From Candidatus Heimdallarchaeota archaeon (GTDB lineage: Archaea; Asgardarchaeota; Heimdallarchaeia; JABLTI01), in assembly GCA_030614005.1 (NCBI GenBank), contig JAUWKS010000046.1, forward strand, positions 1 through 24,796: a DNA stretch of 24,796 nt. The letters run 5' to 3'. The notes beneath the pieces were generated by a model that saw nothing but the letters and a program-made list of their open reading frames with translations, did no database searches and had not been told where the DNA came from. Positions 1-7,534 of the stretch are shown in pieces. Within the stretch, counting starts at the first letter, position 1. The number at the start of each line of letters is the position of its first letter. The position numbers and the translations under genes are program-made.

Positions 1-637
1 CTACTACGAACAAATTAATAATAAAAGTCGTAATGCATCGGAATAAGATTGTTGTACCCATGACAAAAAGATAATTTCCTTTTGGGAAAAGAGCATCTGA
101 GGAATAATCTAAAGATTTGATTACACGATTTTTACCAAGTTCCTTTTTTCGTCCATTAATCTTTAAGATCACCCATGGAACAACAAACATCGTTAAAGAT
201 GCAGTTAATTTAGGAATCATGGCTATCCAACCATATGGTTCATTTGGATAGAAAACAATTGCTCCACAACCAATAGCACAAGCAATTAAACCACTTCGTA
301 TACCGAAAACAAAAAATGCAACTAGTATAGGCACTGTTAGTAAATCAAACCAAGTCATCCCAGGAGCAAATCCGGGGCCTTTAAGGAGACCTTCAACATA
401 CAAATCCCACATAAATCCAATAAGAACACTTAAACCACCTAATATTGCTCCTGAAGCAATCTCAATAGTAAAAGATTTTCCCTTAAATTCTTTTGTTTCA
501 ATTAGGTCAGTGTCCAATTTATCAGATGGAGAACCCATTTCAAGATCAATAGACTTGGAATTAAACTGCTTTTTCTTTGAAGTTTCATCTTCTGTAGTAT
601 TATTATTGTCAATTTCTTTAGTTAATGAATTATCCAA
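1..637 (-). CDS. ECF transporter S-component-like membrane protein (3' end runs off window)
   Basis: Not in ORF track; my translation from TTG at 637 (GGTGA at 643-647; alternative ATG at 538): MDNSLTKE...FTIEIASGAILGGLSVLIG...MTWFDLLTVPILVAFFVFGIRSGLIACAIG...WIAMIPKLTASLTMFVVPW..., open to the window edge. The FDxxxVPILxxFxxFGxxxG pattern and several TM segments resemble ECF S components. Confidence 0.6.
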   Translation of the reverse strand, partial: MDNSLTKEIDNNNTTEDETSKKKQFNSKSIDLEMGSPSDKLDTDLIETKEFKGKSFTIEIASGAILGGLSVLIGFMWDLYVEGLLKGPGFAPGMTWFDLLTVPILVAFFVFGIRSGLIACAIGCGAIVFYPNEPYGWIAMIPKLTASLTMFVVPWVILKINGRKKELGKNRVIKSLDYSSDALFPKGNYLFVMGTTILFRCITTFIINLFVV

Positions 638-797
638 GCATTGTCACCCAGACGTTTTTGGTTAGACAAAATACTTTGCCTAAAAATTATGTGATTAGGT
701 TCTTATAAATAGAAATTGGATTTACTCAATTATGAGTGATACTACAAAAAAGTGATTAATCGTTTCAAAATTGAAAACGAATCAAAAAATCTGACTG

Positions 798-840
798 AAA
801 AATAGAAAGTAGGAAGGGAAGGAAAAAGGTAAGGAAAACG
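798..840 (-). terminator. Pyrimidine/oligo-U tract, probable terminator of the ribosomal protein operon
   Basis: Minus strand directly after the rpl31e stop reads CGTTTTCCTTACCTTTTTCCTTCCCTTCCTACTTTCTATTTTT; archaeal terminators are typically U-rich tracts. Confidence 0.4.
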
Positions 841-842
841 AT

Positions 843-1220
843 CTAGTCGTCTTCTTCTTCCTCGATATCTTCGTCTTCGGGTGGGCGGAGCTCGCCGCGT
901 CCTGGTTTTCTGCGGACTTCGGGAATTCTTGCCTCAGTAGCAACTTTCTTTTCAACTAAATAGAGTTCTACAATACCATCTTCATCTTTAATTGCACGTA
1001 CACGCACTTTTCGGGGTGGCTTTTGTATGCCGCGTGCCCAAATGAATTCATTCAATTCATTGTCGATAATGATATCCTCAGCTTTCATATGACGGTAAAT
1101 GAATTCCTTCATAATTCTAATAGCACGAGGAGCACGTTTATAGCGTGTAGATAATTTAAGCTTCGGATAGAAAGGAATGGTGTAAATTCTTTCCTCGATT
1201 TCAACTTCTTCTGAGCTCAT
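843..1220 (-). CDS. rpl31e: 50S ribosomal protein L31e with C-terminal basic/acidic extension
   Basis: ERIYTIP, RAPRAIRIMKEFI, IDNELNEFIWARGIQKPPRKVRV are L31e signatures; position downstream of L39e is conserved in archaea. Confidence 0.97.
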   Translation of the reverse strand: MSSEEVEIEERIYTIPFYPKLKLSTRYKRAPRAIRIMKEFIYRHMKAEDIIIDNELNEFIWARGIQKPPRKVRVRAIKDEDGIVELYLVEKKVATEARIPEVRRKPGRGELRPPEDEDIEEEEDD

Positions 1221-1259
1221 TAGGTATCATCTCACTTAATATCAATTTATTAATTATAA

Positions 1260-1415
1260 TCACACTTTCAGATTATTTCTCTGCCAGTGTCGCTTCTTAG
1301 GGTGGTTCCTAACTTTACCTGAGGTTTTCATTACAACCCATGTAGGCACCCCGTGTGTTCGCTTTTTTGCTTTAGCCATTCTTAATTTTTTTCCTAGTGG
1401 TACACTTCGACCCAT
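1260..1415 (-). CDS. rpl39e: 50S ribosomal protein L39e (51 aa, missed by ORF track)
   Basis: My translation: [51 protein letters not shown]; VPxWVxxKT and HPKxRHWxR motifs, canonical position. Confidence 0.97.
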   Translation of the reverse strand: MGRSVPLGKKLRMAKAKKRTHGVPTWVVMKTSGKVRNHPKKRHWQRNNLKV

Positions 1416-1436
1416 TATTTTTTCCTTCCTTTGTTA

Positions 1437-1775
1437 TTATTTTCTTTTAAACTCGATGGTGCTTTCTCTTTTTCCAGATTGCAATCGTCGCAAGATTTCC
1501 ACCAATTGTTCTTCAGTCATTGGGCCACGAAGGTTCCCACCTGACGCTAATTGAATTAGTTGGTTTTCTAATTTTTCAGCAAATTCGGTTCTAGCCATTT
1601 TGATATTTGCTAATCGATCTCTTGCTTTTGGTGTGAGAATTTGTCGTAAGATCACTGCTTTTTGAGCATCTATTTCTGTTTTTTGGGCTTGTGCTTGAGC
1701 TTGTGTGCTTGCTTGAGATTGTAATTCTGCTTCTCTTCTTTTTCGCAATTCTTCAAGCTCTCTGTCTTCGGACAT
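1437..1775 (-). CDS. PDCD5/TFAR19-family DNA-binding protein
   Basis: LRQILTPKARDRLANIKMARTEFAEKLENQLIQLA is the PDCD5 core; conserved location between S19e and L39e. Likely start is ATG 1775 (MSEDRELEELR); track ORF extends to 1805. Confidence 0.93.
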   Translation of the reverse strand: MSEDRELEELRKRREAELQSQASTQAQAQAQKTEIDAQKAVILRQILTPKARDRLANIKMARTEFAEKLENQLIQLASGGNLRGPMTEEQLVEILRRLQSGKRESTIEFKRK

Positions 1776-1812
1776 TTTTTTTCTCTCACATATACTAGTC
1801 ATCATTCAAGAA

Positions 1813-2253
1813 CTAATACTTTTTGAGTTCTGGATATCGTTCTTTTATTATTTTTGCTGCAGTCTTATCGAGCATTGATCGTCCTTTTGCTGAAATAACT
1901 CTACCTTTTCTGTCAGAGGCTACTAAACCAGCTACTTCTAATTGCTGCAAAGCTTTTCGTATGACTGATCCACTTGCTTTAGTAAACTTTTCGGGTCTAT
2001 TTCTTCCTCTTCTTAATCCACCATACTCTTTTCTTAGGTGGGAAGTTCCGATTGGACCACTAACATAGAGCTTTCGCAATAGAGATGCAGAGCGGATAAA
2101 CCACCAATTTTCTTCTTTTGGGCCATGTTGTTTAAATGATCCTGTCTTAACGTAAGGTGCCCATTCAGGTGGAGTTATTTTCTTTGATTTCTTTAGTTCC
2201 TTTGCAACTTCTTTGATCAAGTCTTCTGCAGGAACGTCATAAGCCGTTGGCAT
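1813..2253 (-). CDS. rps19e: 30S ribosomal protein S19e
   Basis: MPTAYDVPA, PPEWAPYVKTG, WWFIRSASLLRKLY, SGSVIRKALQQLE are S19e signatures. Confidence 0.98.
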   Translation of the reverse strand: MPTAYDVPAEDLIKEVAKELKKSKKITPPEWAPYVKTGSFKQHGPKEENWWFIRSASLLRKLYVSGPIGTSHLRKEYGGLRRGRNRPEKFTKASGSVIRKALQQLEVAGLVASDRKGRVISAKGRSMLDKTAAKIIKERYPELKKY

Positions 2254-2777
2254 TTTTATATAACCTTGAAATTTTTTTGATTGATTTTTCTCTGCCTATG
2301 TTCCATGCTTACTCATTCATTGAGTTATTAGCACACTCAGATTCAGCTTTATTCATGGACAAAGATTAGATGCATCTCAGCATCACTACAAAGATAAAGT
2401 TTTCTTTATCACTTGACGAAGTTGAGACTATCTGTTTATAATTCTTTCTTTCAATAGAAATTTTTTCATTCTCATTTTGTGGTTTTCCACAAGATAAGCC
2501 ATTTATTACCAAGTTCGCTTTTCAGAGCAGATAATTTCTAAAACTATTCGCTTCATAGCTCTTTGATTCTACAAACAGTCAATTCAATTGATTGATAAAT
2601 GTAAGTATAACATTAGAGCACCAAAAAGGCATCTATTTTACTTTAAGAAAGAAATTCTACTATTCGTTTTCGAAATGAGGCGGTTTGTTCCAATTAATCA
2701 CTTTTATATTAGTGAATTGCAAATAAATAATAAGGGTAATCACCCAATAAGAATTAGAGATAAAAATAGTATCAGTA

Positions 2778-3494
2778 TTGAATAAAAAAATAAAAGTTGT
2801 TGATAGTATAATGGTTAAAAATATTCCTGATCTTGTCATTGCTCGCGAAGCTCGTTGGATGTATGAAAAAGGTCGTGGTTTTGAGCCTATCAAAGGCGAT
2901 ATGACTCGATGGAAAGGACTTATTCCAGGTAGAGGCGAATTTTCCAATCGCTTTTTCACTGTTGAAATTGAAATTATTGGGGGTTTTCCAGCTACTCCTC
3001 CTATTGTCAAAATGATTTCTGAAGTAGAGCACCCTAGAGTTACAAAAGGAAAAATTATTGATCTCTGGATTGTTAAGAAATGGAATCCTGAGTATCATAT
3101 ATTCCAAGTTGCTAATTCCATTAAGGGGTTATTTGCTCGTGAACCTCTACGACCTGCTAAACATTTACTTGAGAAGGGTGCCAGACCAATTTCGGCTGCA
3201 TCAAGACCTGATAATGCAGTTAAAGTCTTTACTCGACAAAAGGCTCAACTTGAAGATGTTCTACGTCAAAAAGAACAAGAACTAGCTAATATTCGTGCTG
3301 GTATGAGTGGTAAATCATCTCTTAATCGAAGCTCAGAACGTGAAAAATACCTTGAGCGCCGAAAGCTGCAACTTGAAGAAGAACTCTTTGATTGCGAAGA
3401 GAAATTCCATTGGGCAGATTATTCAGCTACTGATTTTGCAAAAAATTATCTTCGTATTCGTAAGCAACTTCAGATCATTACACAGATAAGTTAG
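2778..3494 (+). CDS. UEV (catalytically inactive E2-fold) + coiled coil + Vps23/Vps37-like C-terminal helical box; ESCRT-I-like protein
   Basis: UBC fold pattern WKGLIPG...FTVEIEIIGGFPATPPIVKMISEVEHPRV...IDLWIVKKWNPEYHIFQVANSIKGLF with Asp where E2s have the catalytic Cys; coiled coil KAQLEDVLRQKEQELANIR; C-terminus LEEELFDCEEKFHWADYSATDFAKNYLRIRKQL resembles Vps23 steadiness box/Vps37 Mod(r). TTG start 2778, alternative ATG 2811. Confidence 0.75.
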   Translation: MNKKIKVVDSIMVKNIPDLVIAREARWMYEKGRGFEPIKGDMTRWKGLIPGRGEFSNRFFTVEIEIIGGFPATPPIVKMISEVEHPRVTKGKIIDLWIVKKWNPEYHIFQVANSIKGLFAREPLRPAKHLLEKGARPISAASRPDNAVKVFTRQKAQLEDVLRQKEQELANIRAGMSGKSSLNRSSEREKYLERRKLQLEEELFDCEEKFHWADYSATDFAKNYLRIRKQLQIITQIS

Positions 3495-3653
3495 CTTATT
3501 TGTTGTTTTCCTTTTTTTCTCAGCTCATTTTCCGCTGAGATTTTTCTCTTATTTGTTCAAGTTTTATCTTCTAAACATTAATTTGAATGATAGTATTAAA
3601 ATAAGTAAGAGTATACTTTCTTTGATTGTTTGTAATTATCTTGGTGATTACTG

Positions 3654-4862
3654 TTGATTGTTATTATTATTGCGGCTGGACAAGCAAAACGATTACGACC
3701 CTTGACAGAAACTCGTTTGAAGGGATCATTACCCATAATGAATGAACCTCTTTTAGTTCATATGGCAGATATGATTGAAGAATCTGGTTTAATGGATAAA
3801 TTGGTTATAGTGGTTTCTCCAGGTCAAGTTGAAAAGATGCGTGCTATTTTTGCTAGTAAGGAATATTCCAATAAAATAGAGGTTACTATCCAAGACCCTG
3901 CACAAGGTACTGCAGACGCTGTTGCACAAGCAGAACCATTCGTTGGTAATGAAAAACACTGTTTAGTTATGAATGGAGATATTCTTGCTCCTTTGGATGC
4001 AATCATTCCTGAACTAATTGATCATCATAAAAAAATCAATGCTAAATGCTCTATGGTTGTTTTCCCAGGAGAAGATGAACGATATGGATTACTTCGAATA
4101 ACTGATGATGGGAAAGTTCTTGATATTAAAGAAAAAGCAAAAGGAGATTCTAATGATGGCGAACAAAAGTACATCAACGCAGGAATTTATCTTTTTGGTA
4201 ACGATCTTTTTGATACTATACGGGCAACGCCTCTTTCAGAGAGAGGTGAATACGAAATAACTGACACTATTTCACTTCTTGGTAAGAAAGGAGCAATTGG
4301 TGCACTAATTACGAATAATTGGATGAGTATTGAGAACCCGATTGATTTATTCAATGCTCAGAAATTTTTCCCGCCAAAAGAAGAAACGCTCAAAATGCAA
4401 TTTCATTCTGGCGGAGAAATAGGTTTCAAAGCTGCTGAAGATATATTCTTTGATGCAGAAATAGAAATAGAATTCTCTAGTGTTTTCTTTAAAGGACCAG
4501 TTCTTGTTGGTAAAGGAACTCTAATTGAAACTGGATCTAAAATCGGTCCACGGGTCTATATTGGTTCTGATTGTGAAATTGGTGGTGATAGCATAATTGC
4601 TGAAACATTAATGATGAAAAAGTCTCGCATTGAAAATAGTTGTGAAATTGCATCCACAATCATTGGGGAAGAAGTAGTAGTGGGTTCTAACTCAAAAATT
4701 ATCCCCATAAAACTTTCAAAGGAATTATTGAATGGTAATCGCGATCGCAATAAGCTAAATGATTTTATTATTATTGGTGGGAAATCAATCTTATCAACAG
4801 GAGTCACCATTACAAAAGGTTGTAAAATTGCAGCTCATTCTATAGTGAAAAAGGATGATTAA
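3654..4862 (+). CDS. Sugar-phosphate nucleotidyltransferase with C-terminal left-handed beta-helix (GlmU/MPG1-like)
   Basis: IIAAGQAKRLRPLT, QGTADAV, VMNGDI, INAGIYLF, RGEYEITD, then hexapeptide repeats (GPVLVGKGTLIETGSKIGPRVYIG); GGTGA at 3643-3647 before TTG. Confidence 0.9.
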   Translation: MIVIIIAAGQAKRLRPLTETRLKGSLPIMNEPLLVHMADMIEESGLMDKLVIVVSPGQVEKMRAIFASKEYSNKIEVTIQDPAQGTADAVAQAEPFVGNEKHCLVMNGDILAPLDAIIPELIDHHKKINAKCSMVVFPGEDERYGLLRITDDGKVLDIKEKAKGDSNDGEQKYINAGIYLFGNDLFDTIRATPLSERGEYEITDTISLLGKKGAIGALITNNWMSIENPIDLFNAQKFFPPKEETLKMQFHSGGEIGFKAAEDIFFDAEIEIEFSSVFFKGPVLVGKGTLIETGSKIGPRVYIGSDCEIGGDSIIAETLMMKKSRIENSCEIASTIIGEEVVVGSNSKIIPIKLSKELLNGNRDRNKLNDFIIIGGKSILSTGVTITKGCKIAAHSIVKKDD

Positions 4863-5529
4863 ACAAATGATCAATTCTTTAAAATGTATTATCTTTGATT
4901 TCGATAATACCCTAGTTAAATCGAATATAGATTTCCCAAAAATGAAAATCGAAATGGCACGCTTAACAAATAATTTCGGTTTAGAATTCGGAAGTGAAGA
5001 AGAGATTCCTCACAAATACACCGCAGGAAATATCATCGATAAAGCTGAATCTTTTGATAAAAGAAATGGTACTATGTTAGTACCAGAATTATGGCAAGTT
5101 GTCGAAGAATTTGAACGTAAAGGAATGGAAAATATTACAATAGATCAAGATGTTCTTTCTATGTTAAATTCTATGAAGAGTTTCAAAATTGAAACTACAC
5201 TGTTAACCAATAACGCTTGTAATCCAACTGTTGAAGTTTTAAAAAGATTCAACATACTAGACTATTTTTCTATGATTGTTGCCCGAGAAGACGTTAAGAA
5301 GATGAAACCAGACAAAGAAGGCATTGATCTCATTTTATTTAAAATGAATCTTCATCCAGATGAAGTCATTTTTATTGGAGATTCTTGGGTTGATGCGAAG
5401 GCAGCAAATGAGGCAGGAGTACCTTTTGTTTTAATTCGCAATGACTTATTAGATGCTCAAAAATATGGAATAACCATTTGGAAGCATATTCGCTCGATGG
5501 CAGAACTTGTCCAGATTATAAAAAAGTAA
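4855..5529 (+). CDS. HAD-superfamily hydrolase (phosphoglycolate phosphatase-like)
   Basis: Motif I FDFDNTL, motif II LLTNN, motif III/IV KMKPD...FIGDSWVD; overlaps the upstream gene by 8 nt. Confidence 0.9.
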   Translation: MIKQMINSLKCIIFDFDNTLVKSNIDFPKMKIEMARLTNNFGLEFGSEEEIPHKYTAGNIIDKAESFDKRNGTMLVPELWQVVEEFERKGMENITIDQDVLSMLNSMKSFKIETTLLTNNACNPTVEVLKRFNILDYFSMIVAREDVKKMKPDKEGIDLILFKMNLHPDEVIFIGDSWVDAKAANEAGVPFVLIRNDLLDAQKYGITIWKHIRSMAELVQIIKK

Positions 5530-5537
5530 GAACTCTT

Positions 5538-6491
5538 TCACTGATATTCCTTTTCTAACCATGAAATGTATTTCTTAATTCCATCTTTGATTGAAGTTTT
5601 TGGTTTCCATTGCAATGCTTTTGTGGCTTTTGTAGTATCAGATACTGCTTTTCTAACATCTCCTGCCCAACCTCGTTCACCACCTGTATAAGAATATTCT
5701 ACATTTTCTAGTTCCATTGCTGCCACCACACCATCAGCAATTTCATTTACAGTTACTCCTTCAGAAGTTGCAATGTTAAAAGCTGTATGTCCACTTAATT
5801 GTGTTTGTAATGCGCGGATATGGGCTTCCACACAATCATCAACATATAGATAGGATTTTATTTGCTTTCCATTACCGAGAATTTCCAATGTTTGTGGATT
5901 CTTTTTTAATTTCAAAAAGAAATCTCGCATTACTCCATGATTTGATGGAGGTCCGAAAATATTGCCTAACCGCAATGAAATGGCATCAATTTCATATAAA
6001 CTAGCATAACTGGCCAAGTATTGTTCGCTTGCTGCTTTTGAGGCTCCATAGTGGCTAATTGGATCCAATCGATGATCTTCAGGAGTTGGTATTACTTTTG
6101 TTTCTCCATACACTGTTCCTCCTGATGATGCAAAAACAACTTTTGATATTTTATTATTTGTCATTGCTTGTAGGACGTTTAATGTTCCTAAAACATTGAT
6201 TTCAAAATCCTTGAAAATATTATCTTTACTAGTTCTTACATCCGGATTTGCTGCTTCATGTATTATTGCATCATAGTTTCTGAATTCTTTTTCGAGAAAC
6301 TTTGAATCCATTATACTTCCTTCAACAAAAGTACATCTTTCTTTATTCTTCATAGGTTCCTCAATATACTCTACTTTCCCCGCTGACAAATCATCAATTG
6401 CTTTTACTGAATAACCTTCACAAACCAATTTTGTAACAATATTACTACCAATGAATCCACATCCGCCAGTAACAATTATTTTTTGACCCAT
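5538..6491 (-). CDS. NAD-dependent epimerase/dehydratase (UDP-glucose 4-epimerase-like extended SDR)
   Basis: VTGGCGFIG Rossmann motif, FASSGGTVYG, YGASK catalytic YxxxK, LRLGNIFGP, YLYVDD. Confidence 0.92.
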   Translation of the reverse strand: MGQKIIVTGGCGFIGSNIVTKLVCEGYSVKAIDDLSAGKVEYIEEPMKNKERCTFVEGSIMDSKFLEKEFRNYDAIIHEAANPDVRTSKDNIFKDFEINVLGTLNVLQAMTNNKISKVVFASSGGTVYGETKVIPTPEDHRLDPISHYGASKAASEQYLASYASLYEIDAISLRLGNIFGPPSNHGVMRDFFLKLKKNPQTLEILGNGKQIKSYLYVDDCVEAHIRALQTQLSGHTAFNIATSEGVTVNEIADGVVAAMELENVEYSYTGGERGWAGDVRKAVSDTTKATKALQWKPKTSIKDGIKKYISWLEKEYQ

Positions 6492-6630
6492 TTTTCTTCA
6501 CCATTTATTTCAGCTAATAAGTTCATTCTTTATAATAAAAACTTTTCAATCGTTTTAAACCAATCTCCTATTTAACCACAACCATTTTTAACTGCAGAGA
6601 AACATTTCATCTTAACTGGAGAGAAAATCC

Positions 6631-7332
6631 TTGGATAGAAAGCTACTCCTGATGGTTCTAAAAAAGACAAAAGATGTCCCGTATCTTCTATTGAAAGAAT
6701 TGAAGGAAGAAACTACTCCTAGCAGAATAAATTCTTTTCTGAAGGAAATAGAACAGATTGGAATACAACTACAACCGACAATAGATGGTAACTTTCAAAT
6801 TACTCGAGAGCAGAGAGCTCAGTTAGTAGTCTATGGTGCAAGGAATGAGGTAGATTGGGATAAAATCATCAAACAATTATCCTGGCAAGAATTTGAACTA
6901 TTAACAACAATGGTCGGCGATGAGTTCGGTTATGTAGCAAAAACAGGATTGAATTTCTCGACAGAAGAGCGAAAATATCAAATTGATGTTATCTTAAAGA
7001 ATTCACCTTACATAATTCTTATTGATTGTAAACATTTTGGAGGTACAGGAAAACAATCAATATTACGTACTGCAGCTACTGAACAAATAATTCGTGCTGA
7101 AGCGCTAGTAGCGAATTTCAATGAACTGAAAGGTAAAATTAATGTGAGAAAATGGAAGAGGGTTATAGTATTACCGATGATAGTTACATGGTTAGATGAT
7201 TCAGTCTATTTTCATGAAAATGTACCTGTCGTCCCTTTTACAAAATTACACTCGTTTTTCACTGATTTCTATTTGTATATAGATGACATTTTTCAGATAC
7301 CTGTGAATCTTTCTAAGAAAAAAGAAAATTAG
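6631..7332 (+). CDS. PD-(D/E)xK restriction endonuclease-like protein (Mrr-cat/NERD-like)
   Basis: LSWQEFE...YQIDVI...IILIDCKH provides the E...D...DxK catalytic set. Confidence 0.75.
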   Translation: MDRKLLLMVLKKTKDVPYLLLKELKEETTPSRINSFLKEIEQIGIQLQPTIDGNFQITREQRAQLVVYGARNEVDWDKIIKQLSWQEFELLTTMVGDEFGYVAKTGLNFSTEERKYQIDVILKNSPYIILIDCKHFGGTGKQSILRTAATEQIIRAEALVANFNELKGKINVRKWKRVIVLPMIVTWLDDSVYFHENVPVVPFTKLHSFFTDFYLYIDDIFQIPVNLSKKKEN

Positions 7333-7534
7333 CTGCTTTTCTTATGCTAAAGAAGGTGCTCTAGAGGAAAAAATAATATTCTCTAGATGTTTTAATGTTT
7401 AAGAAGAAGGTCAAGTTATATATTCCTCAAACTAAATGATTAATAAAGCGAAAAAGTATTATCAAGCTTACTTGTGCAAGTAATAGTGATAATCATTGTA
7501 TAGTGAAAAAACGTATTATTGAAGAGGACTGAAT

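Noticed and set aside
1680-1720. GCTTGT/GCTTGA short tandem repeats
   Set aside because: They simply encode the QAQAQA low-complexity linker of PDCD5.
2254-2777. RNase P RNA, SRP RNA or C/D-box sRNA in the long spacer
   Set aside because: No GAGGAAAGUCC-type and ACAGAA...GGCUUA pair in the right order, no SRP helix-8 motif, and only imperfect C-box matches; region is too AT-rich.
2588-2785. 65-aa ORF upstream of the UEV gene
   Set aside because: No SD, no recognisable motif, overlaps the probable divergent promoter region.
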